Below, piece by piece: positions 20,096 to 29,851 of a stretch of DNA of 64,000 nt. Source of the stretch: an uncultured cyanobacterium (lineage in GTDB: Bacteria > Cyanobacteriota > Cyanobacteriia > PCC-9006 > JAAUQQ01); contig OY970368.1 in the NCBI GenBank assembly GCA_963718615.1, positions 5,408,001-5,472,000 on the forward strand. Direction: 5' to 3'. A program made the position numbers and the translations under genes. A model generated the notes under the pieces. That model was not told where the DNA came from, made no database searches, and saw nothing but the letters and a program-made list of their open reading frames with translations. Each line of letters opens with the position of its first letter. The first letter of the stretch is position 1.

Positions 20096-22975
20096 ATGCA
20101 ACGCTTAAATCAGGGCCTCGCAACAGTATTGAGTTGGGGACTGCCGGCCTCTGGGCTGGGGGTCACGCTGCATTTTGTCACGAACGGCGATTGGCAAATG
20201 GCGATCCTCTCTGGCCTCACAACCGTCTTGGTGGGAACCCTGACCCTAGGACGGCGGCTTTTGGATCGGGTGGTCAAGCGATTGGGCGATCGCCTCGACG
20301 AAGAAGCCGATACCTTCGCCGATTGGCTATTTGACCAGGGCAAAGTCTGGCTCAAGCAGCTGTGGTGGAAGCTCACGGCCAACTTCCGCGACCAGTACAA
20401 CACCAGCCTCATCTATCGCTATCGGGACTACCGCACCCAAGGACTGAAGACCCAAGGTCCGTTCGCGCTGGATCTGGAAAGGTTGTTTGTGCCCCTGCGG
20501 CTGCGCCCGGAGAGTGCGAGCCGCATCACTGGCGAAATGATTGGCCGCCCGGACTCAGCAGGAAGCTGGGACATTTGGCAATTTCTGACGGCGATCAAGA
20601 CCCAACCCGCCTTCGATCGCCTCGTGATTCTCGGGGCTCCGGGTTCCGGCAAAACTACGTTGCTGGAGCATCTGGTGTTGGTCTTTGCCAAGGGGACAAG
20701 ACGACGGAAAAATCGGGGGTTACCCAACTATATTCCAGTGTTGCTTTATTTGCGGGATGTGCGCGATCGCCTCGTCGAAGACAATCCCCCAGGACTCCCC
20801 GAGTTGATCGAACAACAGGTTTCCCTTGATGGCCTTACTCCCCCACCGGATTGGTTTAAAGAACAGCTCCAAGATGGCAAGTGCCTCGTCATGCTCGATG
20901 GCCTCGACGAAGTAGCCGACTTGAAACAGCGTAAACAGGTCAGCCAATGGGTCAATCAACAGGTGCGGCTCTATCGCGAAAATCCCTTTATTATCACGTC
21001 TCGTCCTTTTGGCTATTACGACGCACCGCTGGAGGGAATGTCGACCCTTGAAATCAAGGCATTTAGCCTGGAGCAAATGTGTCAGTTTATCTCCAACTGG
21101 TATTTGCAAACGGAGGCCGTGCGTCATCTAGGAAAAATCGATCCAGGGGTGCGCCAAAAGGCCCAAGGTCACGCCGAAGATCTGATTCACCGGATTCAAA
21201 ATACGCCATCCCTTGCCGCCATGGCGCTCAATCCGCTACTGCTGACAATGATTGTGACCGTCCATGCCTATCGGGGCGCGTTGCCAGGGAAACGAGTGGA
21301 ACTTTACGCTGAAATTTGCGACGTCCTCCTGGGGCGGCGGCAGGACAGCAAGGGGGTTCCTGACCTGTTGACCGCAGAACAAAAGCGCCTGGTGCTCCAG
21401 TCCCTCGCCCTCAAGCTAATGAATCGGCGCACGCGAACCTTCCGGCTGTTTGCTGGCAAGGTTTTGATTGAGAAAAATCTGGCCACGGTGGTGGGGAAAG
21501 ACATGGCCGCAGAGGATTTTATTCGACAAATCGAAACCAGCAGCGGGCTTTTGGTGGAACGACATCCAGGGGTTTACGAATTCGCCCACAAAAGCTTTCA
21601 GGAGTATCTAGCGGCGATTCAAATCCGGACGCTCAAACGGGAATATCTGCTCACCCGCAACATTGATGATCCCTGGTGGGAAGAAACCATTCGACTCTAT
21701 GCGGCGCAAAACGATGCCAGTAATTTGATCTGGGCAGCGCTGCAACACAATTCGGTCAAGGCACTTTCGGTTGCCTACGATTGTCTAGAAGAAGCTCAAA
21801 GCGTTAGTCAAGACATGCGCAATGAGTTAGAGGGGCGACTGGGGGCTGGGCTGGAGTCTTCCAAACCGGAAATCTTTGAACTAGCAGCGGAGGTCATGCT
21901 AGAGCGACGGCTCAAACGGATGCTACGCATTGACGAAAACACCGATATTGATTTGCGCTACCTTTCCTGTGCTGAATATCAGCTCTTTTTGGATGAACAA
22001 CGTACCCAAAATCGCTATCTTCAGCCCGATCAATGGGCAGATGTGCGGTTCCCTGCTGGGTCTGCCAAAGCCCCTGTGGTGGGTCTGCGGGCCAGCGATG
22101 CCCAAGCCTTTTGCGCCTGGTTAACCCAGCGCATTAACAGTATCGGTTCGGTTTATGTGGAATCTGGCGTCACCGTCTTTGCGGGACCGATGCAAATGCG
22201 GCTGCCAACGGCCAAGGAGCTGTATACCCATCCGACTCTCGATCTGCCGCTCGAACTGGGTAGTAGTTCGAGCGCTAAAGTAGCGAGTTGGTCAGAACAA
22301 AACCAGAGCCTTCAGGTGACATTTCCCCTCGGGCAGCCTGAGGAGAATCATCCCTTGGCACTGTTGCGTCAGGCGATCGCCAAGCAGCTCATCCAGCAAA
22401 TTCTGCGGGACAGCAATCTGGTTTTTGACCCTATCTTAAAACATGCCTTGGCGCTGAATAATGTGCTGATCTATGATCAAGTAGAACTGCTGGTGGGTTG
22501 TGCGTTGGAGGTGCGGGAGGATCCGCTCCATACCCGCGATCGAGATCTCGCCCTTAAACGTTTGGAGGGACTGGATTTGCACGGACGAGAGGCGGCAGCC
22601 CTGTGCCGCGATCGCGAGTTGCTACTGCGTCTAGCCGAGGAATGGGGCAAAGCCGTCGAACAAAAGGCCATGGCAGCACTCAATCGGAACCCAGCCTATC
22701 GTCAGGCTGGACCGCTGCTGCCTGCTCCAGAGATTTTGTTGGTCTGTTCGTTCTGGCGCATTTTGGCAGAGTTGTATAACGATTTGGGTAAACGACGACG
22801 TTTGCTCAACCGGAATGTAATGGTGCGCCCGGACTGCGAATTTTTGCATCGACAATACCAGGATTATTGTGAAGATGTCTTGCGGTTCTACGGGTTTATG
22901 GCCCTGAAGGAGGAGCGGAGAGCGAGTCGGGTGATCGCCTGGGAGGGACTACGTCTCGTGCGAGCCAAGCGTTGA
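20096..22975 (+). CDS. NACHT-domain NTPase with N-terminal TM helices
   Basis: Walker A 'GAPGSGKTT', Walker B 'VMLDGLDEV', 'ITSRP', 'NPLLL', 'FAHKSFQEYLAA'. Confidence 0.9.
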   Translation: MQRLNQGLATVLSWGLPASGLGVTLHFVTNGDWQMAILSGLTTVLVGTLTLGRRLLDRVVKRLGDRLDEEADTFADWLFDQGKVWLKQLWWKLTANFRDQYNTSLIYRYRDYRTQGLKTQGPFALDLERLFVPLRLRPESASRITGEMIGRPDSAGSWDIWQFLTAIKTQPAFDRLVILGAPGSGKTTLLEHLVLVFAKGTRRRKNRGLPNYIPVLLYLRDVRDRLVEDNPPGLPELIEQQVSLDGLTPPPDWFKEQLQDGKCLVMLDGLDEVADLKQRKQVSQWVNQQVRLYRENPFIITSRPFGYYDAPLEGMSTLEIKAFSLEQMCQFISNWYLQTEAVRHLGKIDPGVRQKAQGHAEDLIHRIQNTPSLAAMALNPLLLTMIVTVHAYRGALPGKRVELYAEICDVLLGRRQDSKGVPDLLTAEQKRLVLQSLALKLMNRRTRTFRLFAGKVLIEKNLATVVGKDMAAEDFIRQIETSSGLLVERHPGVYEFAHKSFQEYLAAIQIRTLKREYLLTRNIDDPWWEETIRLYAAQNDASNLIWAALQHNSVKALSVAYDCLEEAQSVSQDMRNELEGRLGAGLESSKPEIFELAAEVMLERRLKRMLRIDENTDIDLRYLSCAEYQLFLDEQRTQNRYLQPDQWADVRFPAGSAKAPVVGLRASDAQAFCAWLTQRINSIGSVYVESGVTVFAGPMQMRLPTAKELYTHPTLDLPLELGSSSSAKVASWSEQNQSLQVTFPLGQPEENHPLALLRQAIAKQLIQQILRDSNLVFDPILKHALALNNVLIYDQVELLVGCALEVREDPLHTRDRDLALKRLEGLDLHGREAAALCRDRELLLRLAEEWGKAVEQKAMAALNRNPAYRQAGPLLPAPEILLVCSFWRILAELYNDLGKRRRLLNRNVMVRPDCEFLHRQYQDYCEDVLRFYGFMALKEERRASRVIAWEGLRLVRAKR

Positions 22976-22981
22976 GACAAG

Positions 22982-23878
22982 ATGCCCATGTCCCATGCAC
23001 TTTTTGTCGGCTTAACCACGCTAGATTTAATCTATCTTGTCGAACAGGCCCCCCAAGCTAATCAAAAAGCCGTGGCCCAAAATTTTTGCATGGCAGCAGG
23101 CGGACCTGCCACTAACGCTGCGATCGCCTTCGCCACGCTCCAAAATCACCTCCCCCCATCACTCTCTCCCCCCATCACCCCCCACCTCCTGACCAGCCTC
23201 AGTCAACACCCCCTCGCCCAACTGGCCCAAGCCGATCTCCAAACCCACGGCGTTATTCCCGTTGACCTCACCCCTACGAACTCCGAGCCCCTCCCGCTCT
23301 CCTCGATTTGGGTCCATGCAGGCACGGGCGATCGCACCGTCGTCTCGCTCAATGCCACCCGCGTTCAGGCTTCAGCAGATGCAATTCCTGCCGATATTCT
23401 TGATGATGTCGCGATTGTTCTCATGGATGGACACCAGATGGCCGTTAGCGAAGTCATTGCCCAGGCAGCTCAGGCCAAAGGGATTCCTGTTATTGTCGAT
23501 GGCGGAAGCTGGAAGCCTGGTTTTGAGAGGGTTTTAAGGTATTGTAATGGGGTGATCGCCTCCGCCAATTTCTGCCCTCCTGGCACCCAAACCGAAGCCG
23601 AAGGGGTTCAATTTTTGCAGGCGCTGGGGATTCCGCATATTGCCATTACCCATGGGGCCGGGGCGATTGCCTTTTGGGAAAATGGTCAGGCTGGGTCAAT
23701 TTCGGTTCCAACGATTCAAGCGGTTGATACCCTCGGGGCTGGCGATATTTTCCATGGGGCTTTTTGCCATTTTTGGCTTCAGGAAAACTTGTTTGAGTTG
23801 GCTTTGCAACGGGCTGCGGAGGTGGGGGCGATCGCCTGCCAATCCTTTGGTACCCGAGCTTGGATTCAAGACCTTTAG
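22982..23878 (+). CDS. PfkB-family carbohydrate kinase
   Basis: 'AGGPATNAA' and 'VDTLGAGDIFHGAF'. Confidence 0.9.
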   Translation: MPMSHALFVGLTTLDLIYLVEQAPQANQKAVAQNFCMAAGGPATNAAIAFATLQNHLPPSLSPPITPHLLTSLSQHPLAQLAQADLQTHGVIPVDLTPTNSEPLPLSSIWVHAGTGDRTVVSLNATRVQASADAIPADILDDVAIVLMDGHQMAVSEVIAQAAQAKGIPVIVDGGSWKPGFERVLRYCNGVIASANFCPPGTQTEAEGVQFLQALGIPHIAITHGAGAIAFWENGQAGSISVPTIQAVDTLGAGDIFHGAFCHFWLQENLFELALQRAAEVGAIACQSFGTRAWIQDL

Positions 23879-23971
23879 GCAAGATAACAGATTTACAAGC
23901 ATCATTGCCAGCCAGCAAGAACTGGCAAAAGATTTCTTATAATGGCGTAGCTATTGGTTTGATTTCCCCTA

Positions 23972-24280
23972 ATGACTCACCCGCCCGACTTCCCCCTCAC
24001 CGGCGAAGCCCTGATCAAAGAAACCTGTCGCCGCATTCGCATTGCCCGCAGCTACTGGGACGCCCACAATAACCGCGCTTGCCGAGGCGAACGGGAAAAA
24101 GCCCTTGCTCTGTACAACCAGCTTACCAAAGAACAAAAAGATCAAATTCCCCAGGAACTGCGCGTCTGGCTGCGCTACCGCAGCGAAAAATACTTTGGTG
24201 CACACCGCACCCCTCCCGGTACAGCGCCGAAACGCCAGAGAGCGCAAGCGCAAAAAAAGCGCAAGCCCCGGCAGACCTAG
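23972..24280 (+). CDS. Small conserved basic hypothetical protein
   Basis: 'CRRIRIARSYWDAHNNRACRGERE...LRVWLRYRSEKYFG' conserved-looking block. Confidence 0.7.
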   Translation: MTHPPDFPLTGEALIKETCRRIRIARSYWDAHNNRACRGEREKALALYNQLTKEQKDQIPQELRVWLRYRSEKYFGAHRTPPGTAPKRQRAQAQKKRKPRQT

Positions 24281-24423
24281 TATCTTTTGGCAAGGTTAAG
24301 AAAAATGGCAAAGAATTGAGTCAACACAATAACTTTCGTGCAGCTCCTTAACAATTATCCCCCCTCCCCGGATTCTTGCGAAACACTGAAGGCAGATTTC
24401 GATTTATGCCTTGAGAAGATCGT

Positions 24424-25698
24424 ATGGTCACCACCCGCCCTCCCAGCCCCACTCAAACCGTTGCACCCCAGCATCTACACCAATCTCGCGAGACAAACGC
24501 CAGTGACAAGGTAGCCGTCCTCCTCATGGGCTACGGCGAAGTTGAGAGCTACGAAGACTTCGCCAACTACAACGAACAGGCCCTCAATCTCCTCACGGCC
24601 AAGTTTGCCCCCGTCCCCACCTGGGTCTACCCGCCCCTTGCGAAGCTGCTGGCGATCTTTGATCTCCATGAGTGGAGCCATCAGCATGGCAACTTCATCT
24701 CCCCCCACAACCATATCTTTGAGCATCAGCGGGCGGGGATTGAGAAGAACTTGCAGGAGAAATGGGGCGATCGCGTCAAAGTCTTCAAAGCCTTTAACTT
24801 CTGCGCTCCCTTCCTGCCGGAGCAAGTCCTCACCCAGGTCAAAGCCGAAGGCTTCAGCAAGATCTTGATTTATCCGCTGCTGGTGGTCGATTCCATCTTT
24901 ACCAGCGGCATTGCCGTCGAGCAGGTCAACCAGGCGTTACAAAAGCTGAGCGATGCTTCGGAACATTGGGTCAAGGGCATTCGCTATATTCCGTCCTTTT
25001 TTAACCGAGCTGACTACATTAAGTTGCTGGCTCAACAAGTTATTGAAGCGATCCAAGCCAAACTCGCCGTTGCCCATCTGCCCTCCCAAACGGGGATCGT
25101 CCTGATGAACCACGGTTGCCCCCACAAGGCCAAGGGCTTCACCTCCGGGATTGACGAGAGCCAAAAACTTTACGAATTGGTGCGCGAAGAGCTGATCTAT
25201 CGCTATCCGCTGATTTCCGTCGGTTGGCTCAACCACGACACGCCCATGATCGAATGGACCCAGCCCGATGTCACAACCGCTTCCCGCAATCTGATGGACC
25301 TAGGCGCAACAGCCTTGGTTTACATGCCCATCGGCTTTGCCACCGAAAACCACGAAACCCTATTGGACGTGGATCACATCATTGAAGGGCTGCGCAAAAA
25401 ACGCCCGGATGTCACCTATCTGCGAATGAACTGCGTCAACGATGATGCCGAGTTTTTGAAAATGGCGGCCCAATGGGCTAACCCGTTAATTGAACAACTG
25501 CTTGAAGCGGCGGATATGTTGGTGCGGCCTGAGCTGGCTGCCGAGATGCGGGAGCAACTAAGTCATCACCATGCACACCATGATGGCCATGGCCACCACG
25601 AGCATGATGGGCATTCGCATGACGCACATGCTCACCATGAGCATGCTCACAATGGTCATAGCCATAACGGTCATAACCATAACGGTCATAACCACTAA
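24424..25698 (+). CDS. Ferrochelatase-family class II chelatase with His-rich C-terminal tail
   Basis: 'VAVLLMGYGEVE', 'SPHN', 'MNHG', 'EWTQP', 'PIGFATENHETLLDV'; ~45-aa His-rich tail; no CAB domain. Confidence 0.82.
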   Translation: MVTTRPPSPTQTVAPQHLHQSRETNASDKVAVLLMGYGEVESYEDFANYNEQALNLLTAKFAPVPTWVYPPLAKLLAIFDLHEWSHQHGNFISPHNHIFEHQRAGIEKNLQEKWGDRVKVFKAFNFCAPFLPEQVLTQVKAEGFSKILIYPLLVVDSIFTSGIAVEQVNQALQKLSDASEHWVKGIRYIPSFFNRADYIKLLAQQVIEAIQAKLAVAHLPSQTGIVLMNHGCPHKAKGFTSGIDESQKLYELVREELIYRYPLISVGWLNHDTPMIEWTQPDVTTASRNLMDLGATALVYMPIGFATENHETLLDVDHIIEGLRKKRPDVTYLRMNCVNDDAEFLKMAAQWANPLIEQLLEAADMLVRPELAAEMREQLSHHHAHHDGHGHHEHDGHSHDAHAHHEHAHNGHSHNGHNHNGHNH

Positions 25699-25716
25699 GT
25701 TGTTGGGATTTGTCGG

Positions 25717-26595
25717 TTAGGATTTGCCGGTGGCGATCGCCAAAAACTGCGCCACCGTCGGCGACAAATCCCCCTTGCGCCACACCAGCGAAATCACCGT
25801 TTCCGGCCCTCGCTCCTTCAGCGGTCGGTACACCACCCCCACCCGCCGCAGATTTTGCAACGATTCCGGTACCAGCGCAACCCCAATCTCCGCCGCCACT
25901 AGGCTCACGATGGTTTGCATCTGCACCGCTTCCTGCACGATCTGCGGGCTAAATCCTCCCTGCTGACAGAGCCCAATGATTTGGTCATACAACCCTGGCG
26001 CAAGGGGACGGGGAAACAGCAGAAAAGATTCGGTGGCGAGGTGGGCGATCGCCACCCGTTTCCGTCGGGCCAGGGGATGCTTTTCCGCCAAAGCGACCAC
26101 GAGCGGTTCCCGCAGAATTTCCTCCTGGGCGAGATCAGGGGCGGCGAGCGGCGGACGCACAAAGCCAATATCCAAGCGGTTTTCCTGGAGCCGTTGGACC
26201 TGCACATTGGTCGTCAGCTCCCGTAGAGTTAAATCGATGCCAGGAAACTGAGCCCGAAAGCGCTGGAGCAACGACGGCAGAACGTTATAGGCCGCCGAAC
26301 TGACAAACCCGATCACCAGCTTGCCCTCTTCCCCTCGACTGGTGCGACGTCCTGTGGCGATCGCCCGCTCCAACTGCAAAAAGATTTCCTGCACGCTATC
26401 TAGAAACACCGCCCCTGCTGCCGTCAGTTCAACCGAGCGCCGCGTCCGATAGAACAACTCAAACCCCAACTCTGTTTCTAGTTGCTTAATCTGCTGGCTG
26501 AGGGGCGGCTGGGCAATGTGCAAGCGCTCCGCCGCTCGACCAAAATGCAGCTCCTCAGCAACCGCAACGAAATAGCGAAGATGGCGCAGTTCCAC
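25717..26595 (-). CDS. LysR-family transcriptional regulator
   Basis: 'MELRHLRYFVAVAEELHFGRAAERLHIAQPPLSQQIKQLE'. Confidence 0.95.
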   Translation of the reverse strand: MELRHLRYFVAVAEELHFGRAAERLHIAQPPLSQQIKQLETELGFELFYRTRRSVELTAAGAVFLDSVQEIFLQLERAIATGRRTSRGEEGKLVIGFVSSAAYNVLPSLLQRFRAQFPGIDLTLRELTTNVQVQRLQENRLDIGFVRPPLAAPDLAQEEILREPLVVALAEKHPLARRKRVAIAHLATESFLLFPRPLAPGLYDQIIGLCQQGGFSPQIVQEAVQMQTIVSLVAAEIGVALVPESLQNLRRVGVVYRPLKERGPETVISLVWRKGDLSPTVAQFLAIATGKS

Positions 26596-26636
26596 AGCGG
26601 TTCCACAATAGAAGCCCTAATAGAAGCCCTAGAAGC

Positions 26637-27143
26637 TCATGAATCAGCATTAGGCCGAGGCGATCGGACCTGAGGCTGAGGCTGAGAACGCTTCCCCACA
26701 GGCCGCTGCCCCGATCGCTGCCGTCGCTTCGCTGCAATCATCCCCCGTTCCACCGGGAAACCCGCCGTAGGAATCACTTGATATTTCCGTGCTTCTTCCA
26801 GCTCCCGCAATTCCTTGTATTCCACCCAGTTAATACAGTCCACCGGGCAAGTATCGATCGCTTCTTGAATCAAATCTTCACTATCGCCATCCTGGCGAAC
26901 CACCCGCGCGCGGCCATAATCCGGTTCAATAAAAAACGTATTGCGGGCCACATGGGCACAGTGCCGACAGCCAATACAGGTGACTTCATCAACATAGACC
27001 CCGCGCTGACGGAGCATACTGCCTAGCTCTGGTTCCAGCCCCGTCCGCTCTTCGCCGCCGCGCAAAACTCCCCCTAGCTCGGGTTCTAGTTGCGATCGCT
27101 CCAAGTCAGGCGGCTGAGGGACAAAAAATCCAGGATCAGTCAT
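26637..27143 (-). CDS. Ferredoxin (ycf35-operon type)
   Basis: 'VYVDEVTCIGCRHCAH...AIDTCPVDCI'. Confidence 0.9.
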   Translation of the reverse strand: MTDPGFFVPQPPDLERSQLEPELGGVLRGGEERTGLEPELGSMLRQRGVYVDEVTCIGCRHCAHVARNTFFIEPDYGRARVVRQDGDSEDLIQEAIDTCPVDCINWVEYKELRELEEARKYQVIPTAGFPVERGMIAAKRRQRSGQRPVGKRSQPQPQVRSPRPNADS

Positions 27144-27206
27144 GACGTAAAGTCCAGACAAGGTCAAAGGGACAGGGTTTGCCCTATCCCCACCGAAAAA
27201 CAAAAC

Positions 27207-27593
27207 CTAACCGTTCCAGCGCTGAACCACCAGACGAACAGAACCGTCTTGATTCTTCACCTGTTCAGCCACCTGAAAGCCCTGCTCGGCGGTTGCCTTG
27301 AGCACGGTATCCATCGCATAATGCTGGGTCACTTGGCTAAGAAAGCGATTGACGGTCAGTGGCTGCTGCCAATACTGCAAATCCGCAACCAATTCGTATT
27401 CCTGACCATTCCAGCTAAAGCCCACGTCATAGCCATTGTCTTGCTCGATCACCACTTCCGCCGTTTGGGTCTGACCCTGGTAACCGCGAACTGGCTGAGG
27501 ACCGGCTTTCCAGTCTACGCCCAGAACCGAGAGCGCTGACTGAAGGGAATCCAGATTACGAATCTGCGTTTTGATCGTGCTGAAGTGTGACAT
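27207..27593 (-). CDS. ycf35: Ycf35 / DUF1257 protein
   Basis: 'MSHFSTIKTQIR...VRGYQG...YELVADLQYW...TQHYA'. Confidence 0.92.
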   Translation of the reverse strand: MSHFSTIKTQIRNLDSLQSALSVLGVDWKAGPQPVRGYQGQTQTAEVVIEQDNGYDVGFSWNGQEYELVADLQYWQQPLTVNRFLSQVTQHYAMDTVLKATAEQGFQVAEQVKNQDGSVRLVVQRWNG

Positions 27594-27701
27594 AGCCAGA
27601 TGTTTGGGTAAGGGTGCAAAGGATTTTAAAGAACTAAAAACGGGGTTCTACAGAGGTGGACGAATACTCCCCAAGGGTGACTCCCAAGGGTAATCCCAAA
27701 C

Positions 27702-27920
27702 TCACCACTGGGACGCCGTTGCTTGAGAGCTCACTTGGTCGGTGACCTCTACTTTAGCCTCAGCGAAAAACTCGGAGGTAGGACTTTGGTCTACCACTCG
27801 GCCTAGCTGAGCTTCGATCGCCGCAGTAACCTCGGCGCAGGTGCGACCGACAATGCCAGTCACTTTTTCCTCGACACGGCCATCGGGATGAATGATGAAC
27901 TCTAGGGTTTCCATACTCAT
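27702..27920 (-). CDS. DUF2997 protein
   Basis: 'ETLEFIIHPDGRVEEKVTGIVGRTCAEVTAAIEAQLG'; typical partner of ycf35. Confidence 0.88.
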   Translation of the reverse strand: MSMETLEFIIHPDGRVEEKVTGIVGRTCAEVTAAIEAQLGRVVDQSPTSEFFAEAKVEVTDQVSSQATASQW

Positions 27921-28223
27921 AGGCTGGGCGAGTAACGATCGCAAGACAATTGAAGGGCGAGAATTCTTAACAAAATATAAAGTTTATTAAGGATTGAACC
28001 GTGGAGCCATTCGCGACTTTTGCTTGCTGAATGGGTCAGCAATGCTCGAAAATCAACGGATTTTAGCTAAACCAACGGCTGCTTGCCCAGACTAAAAAAA
28101 GTTGGATTATGAGACCATATCGTAGCAGCAACTCTCAGATTTTGCATAACTCTGTGGCTAAAGACAAAGAAATGTAAAGAGAATGAGAACTGCGTAAATT
28201 GATTCCATAGAAGATTTCAATCC

Positions 28224-28997
28224 TTACCAGAGCAAGCCTTCCTGCTGGAGATCTTCAATCATTTGCAGCGCGCGGGGATCTCCCACCTTGAGGAGCGACG
28301 CTTTGGCGTCTTCGCGGACGCTCATGTCTTCGTCTTCCACCAGGGTTTCAATCAGGGCGTCGATGGCCGTGGCGTAGACGACATTGGACGGTAAATCCCG
28401 GCAGAGCTGACCCAAGGACCAAGCGCAGTTGCTCCGAACCACGGCCATGGCATCCTGGCGCATGGCGGCAATGAGCGGGGGAATAGCGCTGATCATGGCG
28501 TCATAGTCGATGGTGGACATTTGTCCGAGGGAACTGGCAGCCCAGAGGCGGACGGCGGCAATATCCATGCGCAGGGCTTCGAGCAAGGGGGCCACACAGC
28601 GGCGATCGCCACAGTTCCCCAAAGCCCAAACCACCCCCTTGCGCACATAGCCATTCCAATCCTCAAGCTGCCGAATTAAAGGCTCGACCGCCTCCGCACT
28701 AGGATTGCGGCCCAGAGCATAGGCGGCGCTGACGCGGGTCAGCGGGCAAGGATCGCTGAGCAGAACCATGAGCTGCGGAATCGCCCGAGGGTCTTCGATT
28801 TGGCAAAAGGCCCGCGTGGCCAGCATCCGCTGCTGGGGATCGGCGGAGCTGAGCAAGGGCAGCATGATATTTGGATCCGGTGCGGGCGGCTCCTCAGCCA
28901 CCTGGTCCAGGGGATCCATATTATCCAAGGGGCTGTCGAGTGCATCGACGGGATCGAGCTCCTCAGATTCAAATTCGTCCAACTCAAACTCATCCAT
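28224..28997 (-). CDS. HEAT/PBS-lyase repeat protein
   Basis: Repeated 'VR..AA.ALG' units, 'DWNGYVRKGVVWALG'. Confidence 0.9.
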   Translation of the reverse strand: MDEFELDEFESEELDPVDALDSPLDNMDPLDQVAEEPPAPDPNIMLPLLSSADPQQRMLATRAFCQIEDPRAIPQLMVLLSDPCPLTRVSAAYALGRNPSAEAVEPLIRQLEDWNGYVRKGVVWALGNCGDRRCVAPLLEALRMDIAAVRLWAASSLGQMSTIDYDAMISAIPPLIAAMRQDAMAVVRSNCAWSLGQLCRDLPSNVVYATAIDALIETLVEDEDMSVREDAKASLLKVGDPRALQMIEDLQQEGLLW

Positions 28998-29006
28998 ATT
29001 GAAAAT

Positions 29007-29555
29007 TTAACATCCCTCGTCATCCCTCGGGCGTGAGGGGCTGAAGAGAGGCTTAATCAGGGCGATGGACTGGGCTTGATACCCCAGGGAGGCATAGAGG
29101 GAAAGCGCTGGGGCATTGTGGTGGAAGACCTGGAGGCTAATTTGGCGATCGCCCCGTTGTTTAGCCCAATCCTCCGCCTGCATCATCAGCCCTCGGCCCA
29201 ATCCCCGACGCCGATGGGCCGGGTCCACATAGAGCAAAAAAATATGGGCATGGCGATCGCCCCGGACCTGATCCACCGCCGTTCCCATCCACAAACAAGC
29301 CACGGGGCCAGGGGGCGCGGGGATGAGGGGACGGATTAAGCGGGGGCGTTGCTCGGGGGGAGCACCGTCCGACGGATCAATCCACCACAGAGGCGTATCC
29401 CGCGACAAATAAGCTTCAACGGTATGGGCCAGGTGGGCAAACCCCTGCTGGGGATACAGCTCTTGGTAGGTGCGCTGCATAAACTGCACAAGCTTGGCCC
29501 GATCGAGCAGGGAGCCTAGGCGAAGCTGGTAGGGGGGAGGGAGGGCGATCGCCAT
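29007..29555 (-). CDS. GNAT N-acetyltransferase
   Basis: 'LYVDPAHRRRGLGRGLM', 'NAPALSLYASLGY'. Confidence 0.9.
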   Translation of the reverse strand: MAIALPPPYQLRLGSLLDRAKLVQFMQRTYQELYPQQGFAHLAHTVEAYLSRDTPLWWIDPSDGAPPEQRPRLIRPLIPAPPGPVACLWMGTAVDQVRGDRHAHIFLLYVDPAHRRRGLGRGLMMQAEDWAKQRGDRQISLQVFHHNAPALSLYASLGYQAQSIALIKPLFSPSRPRDDEGC

Positions 29556-29560
29556 TCAAT

Positions 29561-29734
29561 CTAAGTCGTCCTCAATCGCCCAAGGGTCTTGGAAACCTCG
29601 GCCAGGGAAACATCCACTGGAGCCGGTCCAGACATGCCATCGGGCAAAAAGCTACGGAAGCTCACCGCTGCCAACGCCACCAAAAAGACCAGCAAAATCA
29701 GAAAGGGGGCTATGTATTGACGAAAAATGGCCAT
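29561..29734 (-). CDS. Small conserved single-TM protein
   Basis: 'MAIFRQYIAPFLILLVFLVALAAVSFRSFLPDGMSGPAPV'. Confidence 0.7.
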   Translation of the reverse strand: MAIFRQYIAPFLILLVFLVALAAVSFRSFLPDGMSGPAPVDVSLAEVSKTLGRLRTT

Positions 29735-29851
29735 GGCGTCACGAACCGAGAATTTCAGGACAGCATCTGCTCCTATCCTATTACCTTCTTGACGATTCCC
29801 TACTTGACCGAGACCCATGGACAAGACCCATACGCCAAAACTTGCTCCTGA

